64,000 nucleotides of DNA, from the NCBI GenBank assembly GCA_030704615.1, contig CM060733.1:32240001-32304000 (forward strand), written 5' to 3'. A program made the translations under genes and the position numbers. Source of the stretch: Takakia lepidozioides (Eukaryota > Plantae > Bryophyta). Below are positions 34,612-48,347 of the stretch, one piece after another. The first letter of the stretch is position 1. Every line of letters begins with the position of its first letter. A model generated the notes under the pieces. That model worked only from the letters and a program-made list of their open reading frames with translations, was not told the DNA's origin and searched no databases.

Positions 34612-36589
34612 AACTGCTAGAGCATAAGATGGTAACTATAGGAGGTACCGGCTTGTGCTGTTGCGGTATAAACTTTTGGACCCGAGCACTGCTATTGCGT
34701 GAAGTGGAGACAAGTCTCCCTGCCAAATCAAATCAGGTTTGCGCATTGTTGTCAAGAGAAGCCATGGCTACCGTTATAGAATGGAAGCACCTGCATGTCA
34801 ATATCCGTTAGCACACCACATTACTGCAATTAGCACTTGATTACAGGTAACAGAGCTCCGGCCCAACATTGGAAGCTGCTGCTTTTCTTCTCTTTGCGCA
34901 ATTTAAATAATATGCAAGCACCCGCCGCCAGAAGAGCTGAAAGCATAGTTCATGCTGTTCACAGCTCCAGCAGACGTCACCTGGTCAATTTCAGATGCTG
35001 GAGTCCTGCGCCTTTGTGCACATGAGCCGGACTAACTTGAATAAAATATGAAATAGTAAAAGGAGAACTTAGTAGCCGCCAGTTGTACTAATCTATAGAT
35101 ATCAGAGTAGAATTACCATTCGGATACCAATGTGAAAGGCCTCTTCCTATCCAAGTGCGTGGATGCAACGAGGACGCACTAATTTTTGCTAGGTGCTCAT
35201 TTTACAGTCAGTAAGTCAGAAAAACACAGGACATAGAAGCAAGAAGACCAAGATCCACACTTATCCGAAAGGAAGAAAAAAGGTTGTAAGAAGAGGGTGT
35301 AAACCTGACTTGTCCACGACGAGCACGGGAAGATCCAGTTAGATCATACCGTCAATTGATCAGAAGGACCGTATACTCCCGCAATGAGCATCAGGGGAAG
35401 CTCGGAGCCCGAAAGAGCGGAAATCATGGCCAATATGGAGCTTCTTTTGCTGGTCGACGGAGGGATCATCGAAAGAGGGGAAGGGAGAGGCACATTGTTG
35501 CCCTACTGATGTGGCACAGGGGCAAGAGATAGTAATGACTACAATCATCTGAAGCTATAAAGACAAGGTCCAGGAAAGAAAGCGGGAAGGCAGAGAGAAA
35601 GGTTAAGATGATGTACAATCTACGGGGTGCATTCTCTGCGATACTTCGGATTGCGAAACCAGAACGTCCCGGATACAGAGCAGAGGAAGCCAAAATAGCC
35701 AGGCCAAAATATTACAATGATCGAAGGTGGTTCCTTCCCAGAGAAAGATTGACGCGAAAGGGACAATGCAGAGCAGATTATCGAGTCCCGTAGAGAGAGA
35801 GAGAAAAGAGAGAGAACACAATCCGCAGAGTATCAGCGGAAGAGAAATAGACGGGCAGAGTGAACAGCTACAAATTAGCTTCACTACAGTAATCCTGAAG
35901 CAGAATTATCAGAGATTTGTAGGAATGCAAAAGCAAAGATCTTGGCAATAGACGAGCAGAGCAAAAGAACAGCTGCAAACCAACAGCTACAGTATCGCAG
36001 AGGTATTTAGAGATGTGACAGAAATCTGGCAACAATGCAAACGAGATCAAAGTAACAAAGAAAATCTGAGCAGGCGTGCGGTGTCGCATCGCGATGAGCT
36101 GCAGAAACATGAGCACTCTATTTAACAGGTGTCACGCCATCAGTGGATGTTGCGAGGGAATTCTGTGTCCGCCAGTAGAATTGCAGTATTCAAACCATCG
36201 CTCTCACATATTGTCAGTACCGCCGCTAACAAACTTTAACTTTACCTTTATGACCATCTTCGATGATTAGATGGACGAAAACTTTCGTTCACTTGTCCGA
36301 TATTCATCCATCCAGCCATCCATCGCTTTTGTAATTGCTTAGGTGGATACCGCGGACCAATAAGCGATGAGGCGGGCCAACTGCCACACAGCGTTGCCGC
36401 AAATAAAAATTTGCTTAACGATAAATGCTGATTGGATTTCGAACCCCAGATAGGAAAATCTGTCATGTCTCTCCAGTAGCCCGACGCCACGTCGGCAGCG
36501 CCGTGGGACGCGAGCCTTCCGCGACTTCGGTTGGTGTCATATAAAAGTTTCAAGAAAAAAGTGACGCCTCCTGAAGGAAGCGTAAATTC

Positions 36590-37424
36590 CAGTGTTGGGC
36601 GGTTCTTGCATTTGTGAAGGAACCTTCGGATCGTTCCACAATTATTTCAAGAGACAGTTCCGGATCCGGTTCCGTTTTTTTTTTTTATTGAGCCCGTTCT
36701 GGTCCGGTTCCGGTCCCAACTTTAAACATGGGGGCAGTTCCGGTTACCGGTTAGGCTCCGGTTCTATTTTAAAAATGTGTATTTTTTGAATTTAATTAGA
36801 TTTAAAATATTCTATCAGTCCTGGGGATTAAATAGCAGTGTACATACTTGAACTAAAACCCAACGACTTTATTAGTTCTCACTAACACAAAAAAAAAAAA
36901 AAAAAAAAACTCTAAATAAACTGGAAGAAGAAAATGGGTAAAATTTTATGGGTTCAAATTACTATTCAGTTATTTGGCAAGTATTGGCATCTTCTAACAT
37001 TTTGATTAATGAACTTAGCCAGGATATCATGGAGCTGAAGATTGAACCCAAGATCTCATGGCGTTGAAGCATTAAACATAGAAATTTCATGGCCTTCAAG
37101 CATTGAACCCAGCATCTCATGGAGCTTGAGAGCATTAAAGAGGTTTTGCCATGGGGCCACCAGCTCTCTAGGTTATGCCAAGGGCCCACCAAGAAGAACC
37201 AGAATCTGTTTTTATCCCCATGCGCCCCGGTTGTGTCTGGTTCTCACACCCAGGAACCGCCGTCCCCATGCGCCCCGGTTGGTTGTCTGGTTCTCACACC
37301 CAGGAACCGCCGATCCCCATTGGCAGGTTCCGGGTCAAGTTATGCAGGAATGGGCCCGGTTCCGGTTAACCAGAATCTGAACCTGCGGTTAACCTGGGTC
37401 CCGGCGGGTAACCGCCCAATAGTG
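36590..37424. mobile_element. hAT-family MITE upstream of SGS3
   Basis: TIRs cagtgttgggcggtt / aaccgcccaatagtg; perfect 8-bp TSD gtaaattc (36582-36589, 37425-37432); CCGGTT/AACC subterminal motifs; ~49-bp tandem duplication at ~37216-37320. Confidence 0.85.
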
Positions 37425-38249
37425 GTAAATTCTCTCTTTTTGCCTTTCCAGGAAGGTGGACACCTTTGCAAGAGGTTGGGTAGTGCATGAGCCCTGGAGC
37501 ACAAGGGCATATTCCCCGAATTTCTGCAAAATTTCCCCAGCGAAACGAACTTGGCGAAACTAAACATTATGGGAAACTAACACATAAAGAACAAGTAACC
37601 CATATACCTATACCTGATGATCATCTTACCCTATAGGCGTGGCTTTTTCTCCATAACAGGCACGAGAGTGCGGTGAGACTTCACCTCAAACTGCAGGTCC
37701 TCGCCCATATCTAATTTCTCACAAGAAAACTCTATACCAAATAGCCTGAGAAGAAATCACACTGAAGGATAATTTCGCATGGCAAAACTCTGTACCAACT
37801 AGCCTGGATTGGATTGTTGGTGATGGGATTTTGTATAGTTTCGTTTAGGATTCTGGCTACACTAGTGAAGTTTTCGCCTCGCTGAATTGGTGTAGACGTA
37901 CCGTATATATGCACCGGTACTCTGTACCACTAAGGGTTTTTTTTTTCTGTTTTGGAAACATATAACTCCTATGACCGAGGTTAAGAAAACATAAAACTCC
38001 CCTGACCATGGGTTGTGCTCACGCTCACGCAATACCAACCCCCATTTGCAACACCAATCAGTGGGTTGAACCCCAAACTACTCCAATGTGGTTTGTGCCC
38101 ATTACCACTTTGCTACAACTTGGCTGTCATATATATGTAGGCGGAGCCTTCTTTTTATAAGAATTCAGCCAAGTTTGATTTGGGGATTGTCCCTAAAAAA
38201 CAAAGGCGAAAACCTGACCAGTATTTACATAATTCGAGCCGAAAGTGTA

Positions 38250-40810
38250 AGGTAGGTAGAAGCACTTATTGTGAAGTAGCCCAATCTATGCTCTAATAAA
38301 TGAATCATTTTGGCCAAAAATAGTGGTAACGATGCTCATCTACTGCACCAATCATGGCTCACACTGGTTTCTATTGATTTGGGATGTGGTTGGTAGGAGA
38401 AAGCGCCCCAACTTTAACTCATGACTGCACCAAAATTGAAACAAGAGGGCTCAATATGAAAGAGGCAGTGGGCCCATAGCGATTGTAGTGGGCCATGTCT
38501 AGAACTACATAAACCAAAGTAAACCAAAGGATCCTGCCAAAATTCAAATGTGATCAATCTAGCTTGAACTTGTGTGCCTTTGCAGCTTAATTTCACATGG
38601 ATTAAGCAGCTTTGGCGAGAGCCATTAGATCACACACAAGATGCACCATTGATTTACGTGTTTCACATGGATCTAGCAAAAAATTCAGGCAGTACATATG
38701 TTGCTGCTGTGAACAAATGAGCTGTATTTTCATACTTGCAATGACCTCATTAGAAGGAGAACGTGGTTTCCCTATGTGCTCTTATGAAATATGCTATAGT
38801 GATAAGTATAGACTTATCAAATACTTGCCTACTACACATTGTCATTGTCGTCTTATTTTGAAAAATCAATTGTCAATTATAGGTGCTATTAGATGCATTA
38901 AGCCTAGATTGTTTCCTGCTTATTGTTGTATTTATAGAGAGTCTAACATTATAGAGACCAATGTGAACGAGTTTACTGATAGTGAAAAAGATACCACTAA
39001 TTGTGAGTCATCAGAGTCTGATATAGAAAGTGGATAGACACGAGTCATCACAGACTGATATAGCTAGAAAGTGGACACGATGGTATGTGGTACTCGAAGG
39101 GGACCATGACTCATAGTAGACGAAGTGTTGAGACTGTCTACCCCTAAATTCATAATGTCCTGCCATCCCCGAGATAGTGAAATGGAAGCGAAGCAATGTA
39201 CCTCAAAAACCTGCTCGTAAACCACAAGCTCCTGCTCTAATTCTACCGCTTATTGGCAAGGAAAAAAGGTACCAGAAAGTAGCATGGTCAGAAGCGCAGA
39301 TGGCAGAAGCAGTGGCCGCAGTAGAGGATGGGAATTTGCCTTATATTCGAGTTGCAGCACAAAATTTTCATATTCCAATCTCCAGCAGTAGAAGATGTTT
39401 GGACAACATCACCACGTCAAAGAAATCTGGGCCACCAACAATATTGACAACGAAAGAAGAAAAAGACCTCATCTCTTGGATCATACGAGCCCAACATGTC
39501 GGCATGTGTGTTACACTACCAATGCTAAAATCTAGAGTCGATACTTTGGTTTCTGACAGACCATATACTTTCACCAACGGAAATCCTAATCGAACATGAT
39601 GGAAGAGGTTTCAACTTTGACATCCAGAAGTGATGATGAGAATAGCCGAAGGATTGGAAAGAAGTCGTGCATTGAATGTATGTAGGGATGTGATCAGTCC
39701 ATTCTACACAAATTTGGCCGACGTTTACAGATAGCATCACTATGAAGCTGGTCAAATTTTGGAATACTGATGAAATGGGCATACAAGCAGGCCGCACGTT
39801 AGGCATGAGAGTCTTGGCGAGGAGAGGTTTTAGAGACGTGTACGGGGTTTTGCCAAAATCTCGAGAGTGGGTGACGATTTTGTCTTGCGTTAGTGTATCT
39901 GGACATGCATTACCCAATTTCTATGTATTCAAAGGCAAGTCTCGCATACCAAGAAGAAACTTACAACACATTCGAGAAAAAGCACAACAAAAAGAGGCTT
40001 TACTCAGGGAAAGAGAGCGCAAAAAAATGGAAGAGGATAGACTATCGGCAGCTAGAAAAATTCTTGCTGCTCGCCAGAAGCTCAAAAGAGAAAAAAAAGC
40101 TCGCTTAGAGGCAGAGGAGGTTGCGTTCAACAAGTGGTATGTTTCACAGGATGCCATCTTCACTAATTTTTTTAGAGGTGAAGTAATCCCTGTCGACAAT
40201 CCCTATTTACCGTAGCTTCGTCCTAGTACAATTGAGGAGACTGCAGCAAGAGTTGCAAGGTTGTAGAAACAAAGAATTCAACGCCAAAATGTGTGAGTAG
40301 TTTACTAATCAATGAGTTAATGTAGATCAACAAATTCTGATTTGTGCTTGTGTGCAACAATGTAAGTCTTCACTATTGAAAATCTTTGATCAATCTGCAA
40401 CGATTTCCATGAATTACAGGGTGTTCATAAAATTTATATAATGCAATTGATTTGTTTTAGGATAGTCTCTTCTTTCGCCATGAAAGGCTCCTGCAAATCT
40501 CTTATGGGCCAAACATGAATCATAATGAGCTATAACGGGTGCAACTTGCAGCACATGTAGAATATTATGGACCATGACAACTGTACCATATCTGGAACAC
40601 GGTGGGCCACATGCGACCGATGGGGTCCCTCCAATCCTCCCTCAATTAAATACATAAAATGGCAAAATTAGCATTGGCCACCAACTACAAAAAACAAGCC
40701 TCACTCAAGAGCTTTCCAATAACACTATGATGGACCCCACCAAGTATAATATTCAGATTTTTTCCTCTCTATAGCAATTTACTAAGCCATGATAGGTGCT
40801 TCTACTCTTG
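38250..40810 (+). mobile_element. pogo/Tigger-like (Tc1/mariner superfamily) DNA transposon, decayed and internally deleted
   Basis: ORF 39177..39599 has an HTH_psq + CENP-B-type HTH (WSEAQMAEAVAAV..GPPTILTTKEEKDL). ORF 39742..40215 has the DDE N-terminus (WNTDEMG..REWVTILSCVSVSGHALPNFYVFKGK). Imperfect inverted ends gtagaagcacttat / ataggtgcttctac. Confidence 0.75.
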
Positions 40811-41249
40811 CCAGGCCCCTTCTTGAATTGTTGCGATTGCCTTGATCGGACGGCTCACAAGAGCACGAACCTTAAACGACGTAAAGTGTCATCCTCACTT
40901 GGCCGGAAAATCCTGCGCCGTAAGTTGTCATTTTCTCTAACTAAGAAATCCTAGCCGGGTCCTTACCAATGTTGGTCGGTTATCACTTTTTTCAAAGCTT
41001 GTGAGGTTGAGGTTATAAAACTTGACTCACACAGTAATAACCTCTGGTTGCCAGTAAAACATGCATGAAGGTTACTTGCAGACTACGGTTATGATATTGG
41101 GAATAATATGTGTGGTCAGGTTATTTGCCGGTTCATAAACAAACCATAGCTTGTGGTGATATTTTAAGTTTGGTCTTTATTATAACCAAAATGTAGCTTA
41201 TGTACCACCGGACATATTTGAAGTACCGTAAGCCGAACCTATCACAGTT

Positions 41250-42950
41250 GATCTGGGAGCACATATTCTTCTCGCTCGATCTCTTCATTATTCAAATTCT
41301 TCTTTAATCTCCTGACATTATTCTAAAGTGGATCTTTCACGTCCTTCTCTCGGATCATCTGGCTAGTTTTTGGAAACAAATATGTTGTCCAGGTTATTGG
41401 TTTGAAGTTTACATTGTCATAGTGAAGTAAGTAAACCTGCAAGAGAAAATATCCTTTCAGTTTCAATTTGGCTGACAGCTGCGATGCCTAGAATTTGTCG
41501 AGGTAAATAAGCCACAGTAAGAAATGTGATTTTATTTGTCATGACACCAAAGACAAACTCTGTATAGCTTTATAAAAAGACCCAAGTGGGGTGACTGTAC
41601 AAAATGAGTAAAACTATCCCGAAGGGGAGAAACAAAATCTCATAGAACTAGATATAATGATAAACATGAGTCAAACTGTTGTAGTATTACCTACTGCCTG
41701 AAGAAGGTCAGACAACAGGAATGAGGGTGGGTCAAAAAGTGCCGGGAGGCGAGAGACACCAATCACTTCTTTGTGCATGTTGATTCTGAAGTCTTCGAGC
41801 TCCCTGTTAAACTCGTTTGGCTGTAACATACCCAAGCTGTCCTCCATGAATTTTGCATCAATATCACTCTGACATTTAACAACCAAGGCTACGGCTGATT
41901 GCAAAGCATCTGATTATAATAACCAGTGTCCTCTACTTTGGCTTAGGACACAATTTTGTGACCCCTTGTAACAAAGTCTTGACAACTGCATCAACCACAA
42001 CCCATGTCCTCGCACTAGGGAATCGAGATTAATATAGATAATAACTGTTTGCATGGTTATAGCAATGATTGATGACTACTCAAAACCAAAGAGCATCTTG
42101 AAATAATAAAATGCAGCTTGCAAATCTAAACATCCAACAAGAAAGTTAACATAAAGTAGAAACTAATGCACTCAAATGCACATTTCCATATGTCACATGG
42201 CTGCAATACAAAGCCACATTTAAATTGTTTAATTTCATCAACGTGCCAAATGATGTAATCTAGAAATTCTATGAAACAACTAATAATCTGGTTTTCACAT
42301 GAGTATTCAGCTTTCTTGGACGGAGTCCGGCCTTGGTGGTACAAGCTGCATCCCATGCTTGTCGGCCTTTTTGATTTATTAGACCAGGTAATACAATTTT
42401 GTAGGCTTTGATGGACACGTAAGAGAACCATCGACAATCTTTCTCATCACTGGCTGACCTTGGACGTGACATGTGCAAAGCAATTCCCTGAAAAAAGCTC
42501 TGGCAAGCTCCTAATGGTTCACAATTCACAATGGATCTTAACGCAGCAGCTAGGATAGACAAATTAGACCATTCGTGATGATTCGTCTTTGACATAACAG
42601 ATGATTATATTTGTCAAAGAGAACTTCTATAACAGATCTTGTAGCTGAACCGCCATAGCCTGTCCAGTAGTGTGATTTACTTCAAATAAACCTATTATCA
42701 CATGTCTGGGCCCCCATTCGAAGGATTAAAAATTAGCAATAATAGCGAAAATATCATGGGCACCTCTTGACATCCATAAGTCGAAGGTGGCTATTGCTTA
42801 GATATAGAACCTCAAAATTGGAATGACATATTTCTCTCTAGTTTTGTCCACCAGATCAGAACACCTTATTCAATATTGATACCCTCAGACGGCGCACCAA
42901 CATCTCAATGTCTCTCAAGTTTAGTCCCAAAAACAACTTGCTCACTTTAA
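41250..42950 (-). pseudogene. Degenerate hAT transposase
   Basis: Minus-strand frames give ATFDLWMSRGAHDIFA..RHVIIGLFEV..YVKDE..CFAH..KGRQAW..GLRPRKLNTHVKTR..PSARTW..CVLSQSRGHWLL.SDAL, which are hAT catalytic-core motifs. Many frameshifts. Confidence 0.75.
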
Positions 42951-43499
42951 AAGCTAGCTGATCTTCAAGTTTAGGTCAAGTTGTGCAGGAACAAGAAAAT
43001 TATTTGAGGTGTTGACAATGTGGAAGAAGGAGAGCAAATATACCATGAGGAAGAAAGTTGATCTGCATCAATGCATAGCCTTAGCAAATCTCCACATATG
43101 CATGCAAGTAGCCACCACAGCACAAGCACAGCTGCCACCCACCTTTTAGGTTCAATGTGCCATTTCAACTTCAATGTACAGTACTATAGACACTTGGACC
43201 TTACTTGGACACCGAAATAAAACTGCTGTTTGCAACAAAACCATAGCTACAGTAACTGCTTCCTTCAGCTTCCAATAAGTCCGGATCGGTTCTACATCTG
43301 TTATTCACTCGAAGGCTTAAGGTATTTCACTGGGTATTTGAGCTATACGGTATCGGCGGTGTTCACTGTCCACTTTTCTCTAGTATAGACTATAGGTACT
43401 CTTACCCAAATAACCTGTAAATAAGTAAGGGGATATGTGATTATCTTATTTCAATATAACATTTTAAGGAAATTTTCTACTTGGAGTTTTAGGGTGGAG

Positions 43500-45850
43500 C
43501 CATTACGTGACTAGCCGCTTGTTAACTAAACGAGCACAGTCCGGGGCTACTTCTACTAAGGCGCCAGAGTCTAGAATGACCAAGCAGCCTTATCCAAAGC
43601 ACAAGGCGGGTGAGAATTTTGATACCCTCCTCCGCTTCTTTGAGATGAGTATCAAGATGAATGTTATGGCAAAAGGAGTTTGTCACCAATGCTTTCCGGT
43701 TTTGTTTAAAAGGTGAGACACAAACGTTGTTCGAGGCTAGTATTCAGGATCTCGGTGACATAACCTGGACCTTGGCCAAAGAGTTGGCTAATCAACTGTT
43801 TCGTGAAGAGAAACCTACGGATTATGCTCTGCCTGAAAAGGAACTCTCAGGTGGGTGAAAGTATCTCGAAATACTATACTAAAATTCGCACAGCCGTCTG
43901 CAAAGCTGCCCTGTGATTTGGGAGAGACCATTGGCCATCAAGATGTGGTTCGTAAAAGGCTTGCCACCGCAGGGTAGTAGAAGGGCAATTTTTCAAGATA
44001 TCTTTGAAATCTGAAGGGCCAGGGTACCCTTCAGATTTAGGCTCGTATGAGAGATGTACAGAACTTGAGGATGGGTGATAAGTTGCAATCAGTTTCTGAG
44101 TTGTAGTACTTGCAAAGCAGTAATGCGTTGCAATGAGATACAGAATTATTATGTAGCCGCTGCACGTTTCTCCATTTCTGAGAGGTAAGTCACTGTCTAT
44201 AAAACTTGAAAAGTATGTGCAGAGCCTTCTTGGTGAGCTACTACTGGGCTCTCTGTCTAGTCCCTAACAATTCCATGGTGAAGCTCGTGGTGAAGTCGAA
44301 TGGATGGGGGCACCTGATGAGTCAAGAGTTGTCAACTCAGCTGATCCGAAAGGCAGATAGGAAGACTTGAAAGTTTCCAGAGAGACTCATACTTTGAACT
44401 TCCAGCCATTGACATAGCATACTGTTTTAGCCAGAGCCCGCATGGCCGATGTATTACTGGAGCAAGTGGAGTCGGCGACATCTTGAAGACCTTCTATATT
44501 ATCTTTCTTGTTCCCGCTGTACGATCGAAGGTCCAGACTCTCGTCGGAATGTGGGAAAATGCGGACGATCGAAACGACAACCGTAAGAGCCCATTTCCCC
44601 ACGTGATGCTGTTGGTGGGGCCAGTCAAGCAAGCAAGCTTGGGAGGATGTTGGTGAGGGCACCCTTCATAATCCAGCCCTCACGTGGAATCCCAGTGCAT
44701 GTTTTCCAACAACAGATGGCTTACTACTGTACTGGGCCCCACCGATATGACTTGGTCAAATCAGTTTGGGGATATTTACAGAGTATCAGGGCTACCTGGT
44801 CCAGCCGTGGCCCACCTGCCTGCTGTAACGATCAAGTCATGGTCGCACTACCCTTTGCATGTCCTCTTGGGATAGATAATATGGCTTGTCAAACTGTGTG
44901 AATGATGGGGGGCTTCTACAGGTATGCGGTATGGCTCTAATAACAAGGGAGCAGGGGTAGTGCTAGAGCTTTACCTACCCCAGGGTTGTAGAAAGTGCCC
45001 ACGAAGTAGGTGAGGGTACTGTCTCTCCTCACTTGAGATTAGGTCGGTTACTGGGGGTAGACATGTCATATGCATGTTTTCCACACTGAGGCTGGTACGT
45101 ATTGCATAAAGCTTCGGATAACATGTGCATGCGGAGCTGGGCTCGCACCAGACGACGTTGGACAAATAAAGGTTATAGCATGACTGTCGGTAAGACCTAC
45201 AGTCTGGGATCTCATTTGAGGGGCCTCACAAGAATTCGTGTGGGATCCAGAAAGCAAAGCGGCGTCTTTGCAATCTCAAGGAAATGGGCGATGCTGGTAT
45301 GGTGATCCACAGAAAGATGTTGCGCGTCTCCAGAGTCCTGTCAGTGACTGTCACAAACATGGGTCATAGTACATACGACAACGGATGGCCCTCAAATGTT
45401 CTCAAGTGGGCCCACAGATCTGAGGCCCTAACAAATGCAATCAGTGAGACTTGTCAAAGGACTCATCCTTTTTTATGCGTGCATGAATTCCAAGGTTAAG
45501 TATGACATGCAACTGGTCGTCAACTGTTGAAAGTGCAACGGCATCCAGCTTGTTGATAGTTCATGGTGGGTAGAATTTACAGGAGCGCTCCAGAAAAGTG
45601 GAATCCAAAACAGCGAGCTATGCTGACTGTAACTTATATTTGATCTGGAAAGGTTGAATCTACAGTGCGCAATTGTAGAGTATTCCTCATGTGTTTGGAT
45701 GAAGCGAATGTCAGCACCCAGTGATGCAACACTATCACCTGGGCCAGGACACGATAGATCTATACATCTATCTCTACTTCTAGATTCGATAGGAATTTGG
45801 CGTCTCACTAATCGTACAGAACTTGGGGCCGTGGGAGGTTTCCCAGGGAG
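43500..45850 (+). mobile_element. Highly degraded Ty3/Gypsy-like gag-pol remnant
   Basis: Fragmentary gag-like frames (43507-43900) and weak traces of RT motifs (CVxxxGL; SLEIRSV resembling SLDLRSG) at ~44890-45060. No LTR pair identified. Confidence 0.35.
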
Positions 45851-45968
45851 CCGATTCATGGGCCTTATTTCTTTGAATCGTGCACGATAATCATGCTATC
45901 GTGCATCGTGATTGCCTAGACAAATCATGTATTTGCAAAACAGGACCGTGTGTATTCGGTCGCTTAGA

Positions 45969-48347
45969 TCAGAAGTCTACTAATGGTGCTTCTGATATTG
46001 GGACTGTTGGAACTGCCTTGGAGGGATCATCTAAGCCTGTACTCGCCTGTTCTAAGAATGTCACCACCTTCTCCATAGCCGCGTCGGGGTCGAGCTTATG
46101 TTGGACAAGAATCTCACTCACTTCAGCCGGAGTTATCTTGCGCATGTCCTCTTCTAGCAAATTCTGGACTCGATCGAACGAAGCGTGCCAATCTATCATA
46201 AGATAGTTGCGGACCAGCACTTCGAATGCTGCGAAGGTACAATGCGACATGTGAATGTGCATGTCCATGCGTCCCGGCCGCAGCAATGCTGCATCAAGCT
46301 TCTCTATGTGGTTGGTGGTGAAGATCAGTATGCGCTCATCTCCGCAACACGACCACAGCCCGTCAGTGAAGTTGAGTAGCCCTGAGAGAGTGATGCGGCT
46401 GCCTTCATCGTCAGATCTTTTGTCTGTTTCCTCAGGTTCAGAAGGGCTCTGCCGTGACCTCTTTCTCGAGCGTGGGGTCGTTGGGCGCTGGCCGGAGAGA
46501 TTGATGGAGCAGTCAATGTCTTCGATCACTATGATTGACTTGTTCGTAGTTTGAATCAGCAGCTGTCGGAGTTCACTGTTGCTTTGTACCTATATGATCA
46601 AAAGTGTCTTGTCAGTATGAACCCCTTCACCTCTCTCTGGATCTCATCGCTGTACTTAAAGATCCTTGAGATCTTAAATCTTGAAAGGCCAACCCTATTC
46701 TGAATGCGCAAACTCTGAATGTATCTTGAAATGGCCTTTGAGGCTCAGTGCTTCCACACAAGCAGGAACTTGCATTTATGCTTGCCTCCAGCACACACCT
46801 GAGTGAGCTCCAAGTCGTAGACGTCGTACTTGAGATAGTTGGCCATGGCGGCAATCATGCTGGACTTGCCAGTGCCCGGAGGACCATATAGCAAGTATCC
46901 GCGCTTCCATGAGCGCCCCACCCTCTTGAAGAAATCCTTTCCCTCCGTGAAGGCTTGGAGGTCACTCTTGATACGATCCATTTGGGTGGGCTCCATAGCT
47001 AGAGTCTCAAAGGTGGAGGGGTGCTTGAAGGGTACAGATTGCCACAGGTGTCTGCCAAAGGGCCCATACGAAGAGGAGCTGCCAAGTTTATTGTTGGTGA
47101 AGAGTTGCATCTCTCTGCATTGCCATAGGTACAAGCTGCAGTCAGACCATAAACTCTAGATTCATGTGTACACATACAATTCATGTGAGGATCCGACCTG
47201 AACTCTTGAAGATTCCTGGATGAGGATTCCCAACTATTCAAATTTAAAACTAACTGTACTTGCCAGGCCATATGAAGAACTTTACAGTTTAGACCCTGTT
47301 TAGAGGATATTCTACCTGTTTCGTTGTCGGTATTCTCCAGCGCTGGTAGTAATATGGTGGAGGTAGGCAGGCATTACTAGATCTCGGTCTTTTTTATGCA
47401 CCTTAAGCGTAAAGAATCGACGGCTTTCTTGCAATCCGCGCCCCCCACTGCCCTTGTCACCCTGGGGCTGTTCTATGGTATGGGTCCACCACAGTTTGGA
47501 TCCTTCATAGGTTTCCATGATGGTCTCGCCCCCTGCGCCAGAGCATAATTAGATATGATCTGGTACCAGTGCGCTACCATGGCATCTAGATATATGTACA
47601 GTCTAAAAGCCTCCTGAAGGCAAGTGCTGAGCTCCGGATTCTTCTACTTAGCCTGACATCTTTATAATTCTCACCAAATGTACATGGCCATAGATTGTTG
47701 CTTCTAGAAGCCTTCGCACGGGTCCAGGTCGTACGTAATGCGAGGAGTCGGACTGTTTATACGGTTTGATGCTTCTCGATTCGTGAGCTTGTGCACTACA
47801 ATCTCAAAGGTGCTCACAAAATTGTTCGTAACTCTGCTTACCATCCCTCGTACTCAGTCATCAGTCTCGCAAGCTAGTGCACACATCCTCAATTTAGCAC
47901 TGAGCCTTTGAAATCTCATGACTCAGTTCCAATCTTGCAGTACTTAGTTCATTCATTTGGTCACCTAAATGATCGTTGTTCAAATGGCCCAACCCGATAC
48001 TGAACAAGACCGTACAGAACACAGTCACCGAAGCATATGGCCTGAGGGAGCATACCTGCGGGAGTGGAGGTGGTGTGATGCGAATTTCGAGCACGGCTCA
48101 GGATGATCTTTTGAGCGGTCTTGCAAGCATCCTCAGCAGCCAGATGTTGCTGAACATTCTTGTAGAGCTCGTTGAAGCTACTCATGCTTTCAAACTCGGG
48201 GATCTCATATTGTATATACGGTACAAAATAAGCGTGAAGACGACGTATCCACTTGTTCAGGATATGGCTTACCTGAGGTGGTATTATCCCCTTCAGAACT
48301 GCCAATACACCCAACAGTGACCACAGATAGGCAAAGTCCGCATTCAT
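45969..48347 (-). CDS. Plant BCS1-like/ASD-type AAA-ATPase. Exons 48056-48347, 47316-47532, 46799-47114, 45969-46589
   Basis: N-terminal AAA_assoc-like region; FKHPSTFETLAM; Walker A GYLLYGPPGTGKSS; Walker B IIVIEDID; TLSGLLNFTDGLWSCCGDERILIFTTNH..LLRPGRMD. All GT-AG junctions are phase-consistent. Confidence 0.95.
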